64,000 nucleotides of DNA from an uncultured Nitrososphaeraceae archaeon (GTDB lineage: Archaea; Thermoproteota; Nitrososphaeria; Nitrososphaerales; Nitrososphaeraceae): positions 1-64,000 of the forward strand of contig CAVSMN010000018.1 in NCBI GenBank assembly GCA_963729045.1. Direction: 5' to 3'. A program made the position numbers and the translations under genes. Shown here piece by piece: positions 21,391-31,941 of this stretch (its first letter is position 1; each line of letters opens with the position of its first letter). Below the pieces are notes generated by a model. The model worked only from the letters and a program-made list of their open reading frames with translations. It ran no database searches and was not told the DNA's origin.

Positions 21391-21393
21391 TGA

Positions 21394-22095
21394 ATGTCTC
21401 TGTTAAAACATCAAAGACGTTTTAAAGATGTAGGTATTGGTGGATTAGCCGCACGATGGTATGATAGCAATACAAGAAAAAATCGTCTTGGGGAAATGAG
21501 GATGTACGCAGATATAGTTTCTGAATATGTTAACGACGGAAGTCATATTCTAGAAGTAGCGCCCGGTCCTGGATATCTTGCCATGGAGCTTGCAAAACTG
21601 GGAAAATGTAACGAGATTACCGGTCTAGATATCAGTGAGGACTTTGTCCAAATAGCAAAAGAAAACGCACAGAAAGCAGGCGTCTTTGAGAAAATAAAAT
21701 TTCTCCAAGGAAATGTTGCAAATATTCCAATAAACAATAATGAATTTGATTTCATAATCTGTGTGGCCGCTTTTAAGAATTTTAAGAAACCACTCGCAGC
21801 ATTAGAAGAGATGTTTCGCGTATTGAAACCTGAGGGTACTGCTCTTATTGTGGATATGAATAGAGATGTATCAGATAGACAGATAGAAGAGTATCTTAAT
21901 TCCTTTAATACTAAAGGAATTGGAAAAGCTTTTATGAAACTGATTTTTAAGAATTTCCTTAAAAGCGGATCTTATACCAAAGATGAATTTGTTGATCTGA
22001 TTTCCAATACTGAATTTAAACACTATAGAATCGAAGAGAAAGATATAGGTTTTTACATTTATCTAACAAAGTGTACTGAGCATTTCTCTCCATAG
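21394..22095 (+). CDS. Class I SAM-dependent methyltransferase
   Basis: ILEVAPGPG, GLDIS and RVLKPEG motifs. Confidence 0.9.
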   Translation: MSLLKHQRRFKDVGIGGLAARWYDSNTRKNRLGEMRMYADIVSEYVNDGSHILEVAPGPGYLAMELAKLGKCNEITGLDISEDFVQIAKENAQKAGVFEKIKFLQGNVANIPINNNEFDFIICVAAFKNFKKPLAALEEMFRVLKPEGTALIVDMNRDVSDRQIEEYLNSFNTKGIGKAFMKLIFKNFLKSGSYTKDEFVDLISNTEFKHYRIEEKDIGFYIYLTKCTEHFSP

Positions 22096-22371
22096 TTGTT
22101 TTAAATACGTAAATAAAAATGATATCAATCTATTGAAGCAGTGTAAAATATCATCTTATATACGCCCATTTAATTACATACTAATATTTATCACTGCAAG
22201 TACCCCCATCCTTTTACGATATAGCAATATATCTTTGGTTTCTATTCCCGTTATTACTAAATCAAAAAATTCCATGATTGTGATTGAATTAAGTGGGTAT
22301 GAACTAAGACATGTATTTGCAAAGCATTTAGCTTGAGGTAAAATATTTATGAAGTATTTTTGTTAGATAAA

Positions 22372-22415
22372 TAGAATCCTATTTAAAATACTGATATCAG
22401 CACTAATCCCCACGG
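22372..22415 (+). repeat. Array site 13 (B, R3)
   Basis: TAGAATCCTATTTAAAATACTGATATCAGCACTAATCCCCACGG-GCCCAAACT. Confidence 0.9.
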
Positions 22416-22565
22416 GCCCAAACTGCTTAATTTTACCAGTCTAATGGTTCAAACCAAACCCAATTCTAAAAGTGGAAAGATTGAATGACGAGGAAACCTA
22501 CATCTATACAGTGTTGATATCTGTTAATAGTTAATTAATTTGATAACTAGAAAATTAACGTGTGG

Positions 22566-23516
22566 TCATATTGTCAGCTTGGAATGAACCCACAAGTTTT
22601 CAAATATCGTTGTATGTGTCCATACACTGGATGCACTATTTGAATAAATACCTAGGCCATTTGCTTCTCTAAAGATATATTTACTATCATCTTTAAGTTC
22701 AATAATAAGCGATGACTTGTTATCCGATACTATGATAGTGGAATTAATTCCTTGTTGAGATACAACCGGATTCATTTCAATTCGATTTAATGTATTATTG
22801 GCTAGTTCTTTTATTTGTTTATCCATTGGAGTGAGAATCCTGATTTGAACTCCTTTTTCTGTAATCTTTCTTAATAACGACATCAGTTCATTTCTTTCCA
22901 GACGATGAAAAGCATTTAGGGTTGGAAATAGTAAGAGTAATTCCTTAGTCGTAGTCAATACCATTTCTAGATATATTCTTTGAATTTCCTCTGGATCTCT
23001 TATAGTGTCAAGAAATTCATGATTGGTGCCTTGTTCTATTTCTCGTATTCTCTCTTCAATTGGTATTGCATTTTTCCATAGGGTATTAAATAAGAATTGT
23101 TGTGATTCTGCGGATCGACTATCGTTGCTATAAATAATTTGACTTGGGGCTTCTGATTCTTTGCTTATAAGATGAATGACATATTCTGTTTCATCTATAA
23201 TGCCAAAATTTCCTTTGATTCCTTCTATATGACGAACCTCGGAGACCTTTAAGAGCTCTTTGCAATACTCTATGTTTTCTTTTGTAACATCAGTAATTAG
23301 TCTTATTTTAATACCTCTATTTATCAATTCCAATACTGCTTGCATTATTCGCTTATCTGTTGATATTATACTTGGTCCCATCAAATCATAACAAGTATCC
23401 ATTTTTGCTTTTGCTCTAGGATAGCTTTGTAGCATAAAATTCGTAATGTTTTCAGAACCCGTTATTACTTTTATTAAATCAGAATCCTTGTTTGTATTTA
23501 CCATATCTTTGGACAA
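22566..23516 (-). CDS. Tandem TrmB/PLD-like sensor-domain protein without a kinase domain
   Basis: RLITDVTKENIEYCKEL..EVRH.EGIKGNF; FNTLW and FENLW repeat. Confidence 0.7.
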   Translation of the reverse strand: MSKDMVNTNKDSDLIKVITGSENITNFMLQSYPRAKAKMDTCYDLMGPSIISTDKRIMQAVLELINRGIKIRLITDVTKENIEYCKELLKVSEVRHIEGIKGNFGIIDETEYVIHLISKESEAPSQIIYSNDSRSAESQQFLFNTLWKNAIPIEERIREIEQGTNHEFLDTIRDPEEIQRIYLEMVLTTTKELLLLFPTLNAFHRLERNELMSLLRKITEKGVQIRILTPMDKQIKELANNTLNRIEMNPVVSQQGINSTIIVSDNKSSLIIELKDDSKYIFREANGLGIYSNSASSVWTHTTIFENLWVHSKLTI

Positions 23517-23729
23517 TAATGCAATACATCTCTATACAGTATTTATCGGATATTGTAATATAAAAACAAATATTGATATTAAATTTAAGTCGTCGTTCAA
23601 ATCATCTCATATCTTGCTGTTTGTCACATGAACATAATTGATCCTTATTTTGATCCAGGTTTTGAAATCAAGCATATACTAGAGCAGATATTGTCCTAAT
23701 GTTAACCTATGTTGTCTTAACTTAAACTG

Positions 23730-23769
23730 TATTAGAACCCCATTACCACATGGAACTTAATCCCCATGG
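23730..23769 (+). repeat. Array site 14 (A, R1)
   Basis: TATTAGAACCCCATTACCACATGGAACTTAATCCCCATGG-CTGAGAATTGTT. Confidence 0.9.
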
Positions 23770-23901
23770 CTGAGAATTGTTACTAAATATCGTATCTGAC
23801 TATCAGATTAAAAGGCCGTGTAAAGACAATGGGACTAAGTGAGTAAATAATTCTACTATCCTAATCCCACATTACCTCATAAGCTTTCAGTTCTTACAAA
23901 C

Positions 23902-23980
23902 TAATTCTAAAACTGCTAGAATATTAGAGTATTGCACCTAGTTAGCAATCTCAATATATTTTTTCTATAGTATCAAAGGT
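23902..23980 (+). promoter_or_regulatory. Conserved upstream element, copy 2
   Basis: Near-identical to the other three copies. Confidence 0.8.
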
Positions 23981-24433
23981 ATGAATAAAACAAATATTCA
24001 CAACCAAAACAAAAACAGCAAACTCTTTGTTGCATCAATTGCAATAGTAGTAGCATTAGCTCTTTTCGCAAGTCCCATAGTGGCTATGGATGACGCCTTT
24101 GCAACTAAGAAGAAAAAAGGTAACCAGGCTCAACAATCAATAGATCAATCACAATCCTCAGTGCAAAACGCCTTATGTGCTTCTGGTGGAACTACATTTC
24201 TATCATGTAACAATGTTAGCTTCCAAAATCAAAAGAACAGTGGAAACAACGCATTAGCACAAGATGATGATGATGGAAACGGTGGAAACTCTGCAGACCA
24301 AAGCATCAGCCAATCTCAATCCTCCAGCCAAAACAGCCAAGTAGTATCAGGTGCAGATACAATAGGTTCTGGTAACAACATCAACGTTCAAAACCAAGAA
24401 AACTCTGGTAGCAACGCATTAGCACAGAGTTAA
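23981..24433 (+). CDS. Secreted N/Q/S-rich repeat protein, copy 2
   Basis: Signal peptide plus two imperfect repeats A.QSI.QSQSS.QN...SG..T..S.NN...QNQ.NSG.NALAQ. Confidence 0.9.
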   Translation: MNKTNIHNQNKNSKLFVASIAIVVALALFASPIVAMDDAFATKKKKGNQAQQSIDQSQSSVQNALCASGGTTFLSCNNVSFQNQKNSGNNALAQDDDDGNGGNSADQSISQSQSSSQNSQVVSGADTIGSGNNINVQNQENSGSNALAQS

Positions 24434-24563
24434 ACTCAACTCTTTTTCTTTTTTTATTCTACAATCTTGCAAATATAATCAACATTATGATCAAAATATA
24501 TAGTAACCCATCATATTAGTCAAATCAACAAGTATTTATACACACAAAATAAGATAAATCTGT

Positions 24564-25088
24564 TTGTCAAAATATTTATCATTCGTAGTAGGTACATCTA
24601 TTCTACTCGCAAGTTTACTTCTCATTCCATATATCAGTAATATTCAGGCACTGCCTGTTCGGGATAGTAAGGAAATGAATTTTTTTAATGCATCGAAAGC
24701 GATATATGAAGGGAATGGTGAAAAATTATTGAACAATAAAAATATATCATTGATACCCTATTTTGTTACAGAACAAAAGTACATCGAGAATGGATTATTA
24801 AATGGTGTAGAAAATGTAACCAACACTCAAACATATTTAAACACGCATATATCAGATGATTTACTCCTAGGAAAAGGAAATGGAACTATTGAAACTATGG
24901 ATGGACAAAATATCACATGGATTTCTTCAGACATTGGAAGACAGATTGATAATAAATGGATATTTAACGGCATAACCCTGTTCAATAATACTGAAAGTAG
25001 TTCTTTGTCGATTTTAAACAATAGTATCGCTTTAACAAAAAGTGAATCAGGTCCCATTCTTGCAGACTACATGTGGCTCTTGGAATAA
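24564..25088 (+). CDS. Secreted hypothetical protein (GNGTIETxDGQ family)
   Basis: Homolog of 5546-6094 (GNGTIET.DGQ.I.WISSD.G). Confidence 0.8.
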   Translation: MSKYLSFVVGTSILLASLLLIPYISNIQALPVRDSKEMNFFNASKAIYEGNGEKLLNNKNISLIPYFVTEQKYIENGLLNGVENVTNTQTYLNTHISDDLLLGKGNGTIETMDGQNITWISSDIGRQIDNKWIFNGITLFNNTESSSLSILNNSIALTKSESGPILADYMWLLE

Positions 25089-25266
25089 TTTGACGTAAAA
25101 ACGATATCACGGTACTAAAATTATTTTTTTCATTATTTTTTATTACAATCTCTAGACCTAGGATTAATGTTGGATCTAGGATGTTTTGGATATATTGACA
25201 ATTTTTAATTGGTGAGATGGAGCAATTAACTCTATTACTTTTATCGGATCTGATTTTGTATTGGTG

Positions 25267-25304
25267 TAATAGAATCCCATTGCCACAAGGGACAATCCCC
25301 ACGG
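25267..25304 (+). repeat. Array site 15 (A, R4-like)
   Basis: TAATAGAATCCCATTGCCACAAGGGACAATCCCCACGG-ATATAT. Confidence 0.85.
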
Positions 25305-25642
25305 ATATATTCAATCCGAGACAAAATATTCAGAAATTAACTAAAATTATACTGCTTTCTTTTTAACTACCTAGAGACTACAAATCTAATGCATTTCGTA
25401 GTTTCAAAGTATTGACATTGAACATAAGAAATCAGAAACCAAAATGCAACATTATGCAATGAAAATTAAGGAACAGTATACATTTCTAATATACTTTTGA
25501 TCCCTTGTATACTTATTAGGTATTGGTATGTTCTATTCCTCATGGCTAATCCTAATTTTCAAGAATATCTTTTTGAGTCAATGAAATTAATCAGAAGGAA
25601 GAAGCAGGATCTTTTAGATCCGAATTGCAGGGGAGAGAATAG

Positions 25643-26239
25643 ATGAGTGATAACAAAAAGGCAATGAGAAAATTAAAACTACATGTAGGAATGTCCATTG
25701 ATGGTTGTATCGCAGGACCCAACAATGAAATGGACTGGATAGACTTTACTTGGAATGAAAAACTGAGAGAATATGAAGACAGGTTACACGAGCCAGTTGA
25801 TACCATTCTTCTGGGAAGGAAAATGACTAATGAATTTATTTCCTATTGGTCTAATGTGATGAACAAACCTGAAGACCCCGAATATACATTTGCTAAAAAA
25901 ATGATGGAAACACCAAAAATTGTTTTTACTAAGACACTTAATAAATCAGAGTGGCCAAATACTGAAATTGCAACAGGTGATCTCAAAGATGAAATTACAA
26001 AGTTAAAGAGTCAAGAAGGTGGTGGTGATATCATAGTCTATGGTGGTGCTTCATTTGATTCTTCCTTGATTAAAGAAAACTTGATTGATGAATATTATTT
26101 GTTTGTCAATCCTGTTGCAATTGGGAATGGAAAGACCATTTTTAAGGACCTAAAAGAGATTCGTAAACTATCCCTTATTGAATCAATAACGTTTGACTCT
26201 GGAACAGTTTTGCTCCACTATGAGGTAAAGAAAAACTAA
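25643..26239 (+). CDS. Dihydrofolate reductase / RibD C-terminal family protein
   Basis: MSIDGCIAGP, LLGRK, GGA and LIDEY..V.PV.IG.G motifs. Confidence 0.9.
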   Translation: MSDNKKAMRKLKLHVGMSIDGCIAGPNNEMDWIDFTWNEKLREYEDRLHEPVDTILLGRKMTNEFISYWSNVMNKPEDPEYTFAKKMMETPKIVFTKTLNKSEWPNTEIATGDLKDEITKLKSQEGGGDIIVYGGASFDSSLIKENLIDEYYLFVNPVAIGNGKTIFKDLKEIRKLSLIESITFDSGTVLLHYEVKKN

Positions 26240-26477
26240 AAGTAAGGTGTATCAATAAATGAATGGAAAAGTCAGTTGGTTATTTTTTTTATATTATTCC
26301 ATTTATCCCACTGTCACATAAAGATATCCAGATGGGCTATCTTCTAATGTATTCATTCTTCAAAACTTGATCCACTTTCTATCTTGTTTTATACCATTAT
26401 CTTTGTAGTAACTGGTTTGGATTATTTATTTGCAAAAAAATATGATTATTAATTAGATAAAATCATTATTAGACTAT

Positions 26478-26879
26478 TCAAGATATTTCTTCCGATTTAC
26501 TAAAATCTCCAAACACTATTGGTCCAGGCGTAATGAGTTTCATAGATTCATCATACAATTCGGCCGCCCTTTTATCGTCTTCCAAAGCCTTCATAACCTC
26601 CTGAACATGATTGGTATCTCTGTAGAATTGTATTTCTAACCATACATCCTCGTCATCATTGGCAGAAATGGTTTTTGACAAATTTACAAAGTCCATCATA
26701 TCCTCTCTTGCATTCAACCTATACCCATATTTTGACACGCCGTGTTTCTTGAAAAAAATATCAGTTTGTTTGCCAATCTTTATTAATGCATCATGATTCT
26801 TCTTTGGGGCACGGATGAAAAAAATTTTGAGAACACCACCGGAATCTTTTTGGTTTGCAAAGTTGTCCGAACTACTCAT
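26478..26879 (-). CDS. DUF1428-like protein
   Basis: Paralog of 9829-10215. Confidence 0.65.
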   Translation of the reverse strand: MSSSDNFANQKDSGGVLKIFFIRAPKKNHDALIKIGKQTDIFFKKHGVSKYGYRLNAREDMMDFVNLSKTISANDDEDVWLEIQFYRDTNHVQEVMKALEDDKRAAELYDESMKLITPGPIVFGDFSKSEEIS

Positions 26880-27290
26880 ATGAATTGATAGAATATGGTA
26901 TTATAAAAATAACAAAGGGATCAATAGTATACCAGCGTTAGATGATTATTCGGATAAGTCAGTTTAAAAATAGTTTTTGATTTAATTTGGTATAATATTT
27001 TATAATGAGTCTAGATGAAGGAGAACCAAAGTCCAATCAAAATAATGCCATTATACCTTTTGGAAAGTTTTTGGAGCCTTCGATATCATTCCAAGATATT
27101 ACTAAGAGATCAAATAATAGCTTTTCTTGATACGAAAATTAAGAATTCTCAAATAGATCCAGACCTTTGATGCCTACATATAATAGAGAAATCTAGTTGT
27201 CCTAACTTGGTAGTAAACAAGTAAACCGACTCGAACTGAAACCAGACCATTCGATTTTGTATTTCAACCGGCTACCACTAATGACTTATT

Positions 27291-28049
27291 CTAAAGGTTA
27301 ACTTGTTCAGCAGGAAATTTCCTAGGGTCTAGTAAATTAAATTCCTCTAAAAAGGCTTCGGCTTGTTCTTCTGACTCAATAAAGGCTTTAGCTTCACCTT
27401 TTCGCATCCGATCTAGTTTCCCGATCATTTCTTTAAATTTCTCAGTATTCATTACTAATCCATAGTAATCTCTTACTCTTTCCAGAGTTGTTTCATAATG
27501 TCTCTTGTCTCCGGACGCAGTAGCATCAGATATTATTGACACATCGTAACCTAGGTTAAATCCTTCCCTTAGTGAAGTCTCTACACAAATAGAAGTATCA
27601 ATTCCAGTAAATACCAACAAATTAATGCCCTGACTCTGAAGCATAATTCGGAATACTGTATCTAGGAAAGCAGAATCCCTTCGTTTTAGAATTACAGGAT
27701 CTTTCTCTTTAGGTTTTAGTTCATCGATTGTTAATCCATCCCAAGTACCTCTAATACATATGGGTACTTTCAATCTCTCCTGTCTTGATTTGGGTAAGAT
27801 GTTATGGACGTTTGTAAGAATATCAATGCCACTAGCTTCCTTTACTGCTTCGGTGTAAAAAACAGGAATACCCATACTCCTGCAGAATTCAATTAAATCC
27901 TTAAGCTTTGGAATAATCTCTCTATATAGAGAGGTATTCATACCAATTTTATCATACGATCCTCCCTTTGACACGAAACCATTCTGCATATCTACAACTA
28001 TCAATGCAGGTGCCACGGTACGGCCTGAAGGCAAATTGACTTTAAACAA
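27291..28049 (-). CDS. Isochorismatase-family cysteine hydrolase (RutB-like)
   Basis: ALIVVDMQNGF, K..DSAF and GIDTSICVETS (D-K-C triad). Confidence 0.85.
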   Translation of the reverse strand: MFKVNLPSGRTVAPALIVVDMQNGFVSKGGSYDKIGMNTSLYREIIPKLKDLIEFCRSMGIPVFYTEAVKEASGIDILTNVHNILPKSRQERLKVPICIRGTWDGLTIDELKPKEKDPVILKRRDSAFLDTVFRIMLQSQGINLLVFTGIDTSICVETSLREGFNLGYDVSIISDATASGDKRHYETTLERVRDYYGLVMNTEKFKEMIGKLDRMRKGEAKAFIESEEQAEAFLEEFNLLDPRKFPAEQVNL

Positions 28050-28390
28050 TTTTTCATTCTCATTACTAATCCGCTAAAGATAAACATTTAATTACAGACA
28101 TGCTGGGGTATGGTTGATTCTTGTTCTTGTTCTTGTTGGGCATATGCCTAGTATACATTGAATATTCATATATTGTCAGCACCTTCTGTCTAGATTATAA
28201 CCAATGAGACCGGATTATGTTTTGTGATAGCAAAACATTAGCGAATACCAGTGCTCCGCAGGTATCACATATCACATCTTAACATTATTCGTCGCGTCTA
28301 TGTGGATGGATTTTGATATTTAACTCAGACTATTAAGGACTCATCCACACATTTTATCTAGAATAAGACAAATAATTTTCTAGAGGGTGT

Positions 28391-29845
28391 TTACTTTGAT
28401 AATAAACTGCTTCTATTAACAATTTTACCGTTGTTGATTACCATTTCAATATTTTTTGTGTTACTAATATTCTCAACTGGATTTGATAAAAGCACTATTA
28501 GATCGGCCTCTTTTCCCTTCTCAATCGTTCCTGTATAATTTGATATTCCCAAGGCTTCTGCACCATTTTTGGTTGCTATCTGAAGAATATTTGACGTAGG
28601 GATTCCTGCATTTGCAAGCAATTCCAGTTCATGATGAAGGCTTTTTCCTGGAACAAGGTCAAAGTTTGGAATATCAGTGCCGCTCAAAAGCTTTACTCCA
28701 TTATCGTGCATTTTTTTTGTTAGCTGCAAGACTTTGGGCCATATTTGTTGACCATTAGCTGGATCATCCTTTACCATTGATTCATAAACACTCAATGTAG
28801 GATCGACATATACATTATTCTTTACTAGGGACTCTATCATTTCATTTATTTCTTTACTGTTGACCTCTACTAGTTCTAGCCAAAGGAAATGATCAAAAGG
28901 ACCCTCACCATATTTCATAAAAGTTTCCCTATTCTGAGATGATAATAAGTACGGGCTTACGGGTACACCATGAGTTAAGAAATCAATTTTGTCATTAGCT
29001 GCCTCTGTCCAACTGGTTAGAAATAGATGGCCAATTACTTTGAGCCCTAGAGAGTGAGCTTTATCTATTGCCTCCTTCACTAAATCAGGTGTCAGACCAA
29101 CATACAATTTGATAAAATCAACTCCTGCTTTTGCCTGATTGTTAATCTCTTCATCAACTTCTGATACTGAATTAACTTTCTTTTCTACAAAAGGTATTGA
29201 AATATTAGGTGTATTTAATAATCTTCCAGCCGTAAATATTTGAGGTCCTAACGCGCTTTCAGAGGACACATTATTTTTCAAACCCGCAGATAGCTCAGTC
29301 GGACCACCAGGATTCCTGATGGTTGTAATTCCAAAAGCCAAAAGCTTCTGCAGAGCCTCATCCGAGTATGTTTGATTGAAAGAGTTTTTCATAACCCCAG
29401 CTACATGTGCATGCATATCAAATAAACCTGGGATAACGTATTTACCGGAAAGGTCGATTAGAACAGAATTGGGATAATTTTTATAAAAATAATATTTGTC
29501 AGGACTATCTTTATCGATTACTTCTAAAATCCTATTTCCACTTGTGATTATTGTGGAGTTTGATCTTAATTTAGAGTTACCATCTACAATATTAGTATTG
29601 TATAAAATCACTAGGTCATGTGAGTAGTTTGTATCATTTTGCGTGAATTTTGCTTTATTTGACTGTAGAGGTGGCAGTTCTAGTGAGGATGCTTTTAGTA
29701 AATTATCTGCATTGGAGGAACTGATTGTTTCTGCTTTCACAAAATTAAAAACATTAAAAATGCTATAGCCAAGGGAAAAAATTAATATGATGGTTATTGA
29801 GTTTGTTAATTTCATTTTATCGAGATTTTTCACAAATTTTAACAA
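28391..29845 (-). CDS. Exported amidohydrolase family protein
   Basis: PGLFDMHAH, GTD and GTIEKGKEADL motifs; signal peptide. Confidence 0.85.
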   Translation of the reverse strand: MLKFVKNLDKMKLTNSITIILIFSLGYSIFNVFNFVKAETISSSNADNLLKASSLELPPLQSNKAKFTQNDTNYSHDLVILYNTNIVDGNSKLRSNSTIITSGNRILEVIDKDSPDKYYFYKNYPNSVLIDLSGKYVIPGLFDMHAHVAGVMKNSFNQTYSDEALQKLLAFGITTIRNPGGPTELSAGLKNNVSSESALGPQIFTAGRLLNTPNISIPFVEKKVNSVSEVDEEINNQAKAGVDFIKLYVGLTPDLVKEAIDKAHSLGLKVIGHLFLTSWTEAANDKIDFLTHGVPVSPYLLSSQNRETFMKYGEGPFDHFLWLELVEVNSKEINEMIESLVKNNVYVDPTLSVYESMVKDDPANGQQIWPKVLQLTKKMHDNGVKLLSGTDIPNFDLVPGKSLHHELELLANAGIPTSNILQIATKNGAEALGISNYTGTIEKGKEADLIVLLSNPVENISNTKNIEMVINNGKIVNRSSLLSK

Positions 29846-29899
29846 TAATAATAAATCAACACTCCGATTATAATGATTGATTTCTAGTTATTATAGATG

Positions 29900-30400
29900 T
29901 CTTATTTTATAATTGGTGTTGATTGTTTTTTATCTTTTTTATATTAGTTGCTTAAATAAATGGTTACATGCAAATGATGAATTTTTAGGGACTCTGAATT
30001 CATGTATTGGGGTTTACAACCTGTTCATAGTATTCTATCTAATAAAGTAGGAAGAAAAATTCTCATATTTCCTGGAATGTTCGTTCAAAATATAGGAATT
30101 TAGATAATATACTATATTAAAAGAATTCAATGATTGGATATTAGTAATGTCCTACTAGGGATAGGAACAGCTTTAGTTTACTCGACCTAGCTTGTTGCAA
30201 TTAACGATATCACCAATCCAAGCTGGTGAGCAATATCATTAGATGTTTGAAGGTTTTAGAGAGATATGTGATTCGTTATTGGGTAATTGGAATAAGACAA
30301 ATCTCTGATTTATTTAATATGTTTGTTGCAATTCAGGCAGCTGCACAGATAGATAGATTTGACTTCTGGTATCGTTGATATACTTTTAATGAAAGAAAAC
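29900..30400 (+). pseudogene. MFS transporter remnant
   Basis: Hand translation LLGIGTALVYST*LVAINDITNPSW*AISLDV*RF*RD matches an MFS C-terminal helix pattern; boundaries are approximate. Confidence 0.6.
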
Positions 30401-30450
30401 CAAAACACGATGCTTTTGCCAATTTTCGCTATCTACAAGGTCAACATTTG

Positions 30451-30490
30451 TATTAGAATCCTACTATCACAAGGAACTTAATTCCCACGG
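30451..30490 (+). repeat. Array site 16 (A)
   Basis: TATTAGAATCCTACTATCACAAGGAACTTAATTCCCACGG-GCCATCT. Confidence 0.9.
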
Positions 30491-30917
30491 GCCATCTGCT
30501 ACGATGACCATTTCTAAATAATCTAATTAATGTTGATTAGACATATATCCACGAATAAATTGATTTAGCCGTTTAGTCTACTATACTCAAACCTCTTTTG
30601 CACAAACTGAATTGTCGAATCCATTCAGCAATAGTGCCTTGATTAAATTAGATTTAACTAATGAAAGGCTTAACAGGGCCATTTTGATTATAAAATAAGT
30701 ATGGAAACCGATCAAGATTTAGAGGAATTAAAAGAAGAACATGAACAAGAGGAGGAAGAAATAAGAGATAAATTAGAAGAGGAAGAATAGGAACAACGGA
30801 TTAGAGTTCTTACCAAAAAATGAAAAAAACATTCCGTGGAAAACACTGACATCGCAATTATCTCAAGGTACATTATTAGTTAATAATCTTTATATTTTTC
30901 ATTATTCTATATACTCA

Positions 30918-30961
30918 TAGAATCCTATTTAGAATACCGATATTGGCACTAATCATCACGC
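30918..30961 (+). repeat. Array site 17 (B, R3)
   Basis: TAGAATCCTATTTAGAATACCGATATTGGCACTAATCATCACGC-GCCCATACT. Confidence 0.85.
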
Positions 30962-31059
30962 GCCCATACTAATTTTAGATGAATCATCTGGTAAACTTTT
31001 GGATTTGCAGACAATCCATAATGGAATGAAGTTCCAGAAATAATATTAAGTACTTTACA

Positions 31060-31941
31060 ATGTCGTTTATAATGTCTGTACAAATCAGACCAATTGAAGA
31101 AGGCGACGCAGAGACCTGTGGCAAAATTGGATATGAAGCTCACAAGGCAGTCTCTTCCGCTTTTGGATATCCTTCTGAACAGCCCTCTGAGGAATATGCA
31201 ATAGGATTAATCAGGATGCTTTTAAATAATTCCAACTCATGGGGCGTCTTGGCGGAGAAAGACACACAGATTCTTGGTAGCATTTTTCTTCACCTATTTC
31301 CTCCATCACCGATAGCAGTTATTGGGCCACTCACTGTAAATCCTTCTGTAGAGGGCGGTGTAGGGTGCTTATTGATGGATGCTGTGAAGGCTCACGCTTA
31401 CAGCCAAAATTACGACCAAATTAGGTTAGTGCAATCGCCAAGCCATATTCGTTCCTTTGTCCTTTATACAAAATCAGGCTTTACTCTACGCGAGCCACTA
31501 TTTTTAATAACCGGAAATGCGTCAAACGAAAATCCAAACATAAAAGAGTTAGAGTTATGCAAAGTTGAAACCGACGAAGACGTTTTGAAATGTAACGAAC
31601 TTTGTCTGCGGGCTCATGGATTCACTAGGGAAGGAGAGTTACGCCAAGCCATGAGTCAAGGGGTTGCTATAAAAATAGAAAAGAGAGGGAAAATTCGTGG
31701 ATACTCAGCAGGCATTGGACTTTTTGGACATTCCGTCGCTTCTTCAAATGAAGACCTCAGAGCATTAATTGCAGGATCGCCCGTTATTACAGGACCGGGT
31801 TTTTTTGTACCCGCAAGAAACAGAGAAATTATTATGTGGTTACTCGAACAGGGATTTAGAATACTATGGCCGGGTAATCTAATGACATTAGGACCATATG
31901 AAGAACCGACCATGCCTTTTCTTCCATCCTTGGCATACTGA
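31060..31941 (+). CDS. GNAT family N-acetyltransferase
   Basis: IRP...DA, GPLTV.P...GVG..LM and LYTKSGF motifs. Confidence 0.85.
   Translation: MSFIMSVQIRPIEEGDAETCGKIGYEAHKAVSSAFGYPSEQPSEEYAIGLIRMLLNNSNSWGVLAEKDTQILGSIFLHLFPPSPIAVIGPLTVNPSVEGGVGCLLMDAVKAHAYSQNYDQIRLVQSPSHIRSFVLYTKSGFTLREPLFLITGNASNENPNIKELELCKVETDEDVLKCNELCLRAHGFTREGELRQAMSQGVAIKIEKRGKIRGYSAGIGLFGHSVASSNEDLRALIAGSPVITGPGFFVPARNREIIMWLLEQGFRILWPGNLMTLGPYEEPTMPFLPSLAY

Noticed and set aside
27221..27290. Minus-strand tRNA-like words (TAGTGGTAG...GTTCGAGTC)
   Set aside because: The T-stem and acceptor stem do not pair.
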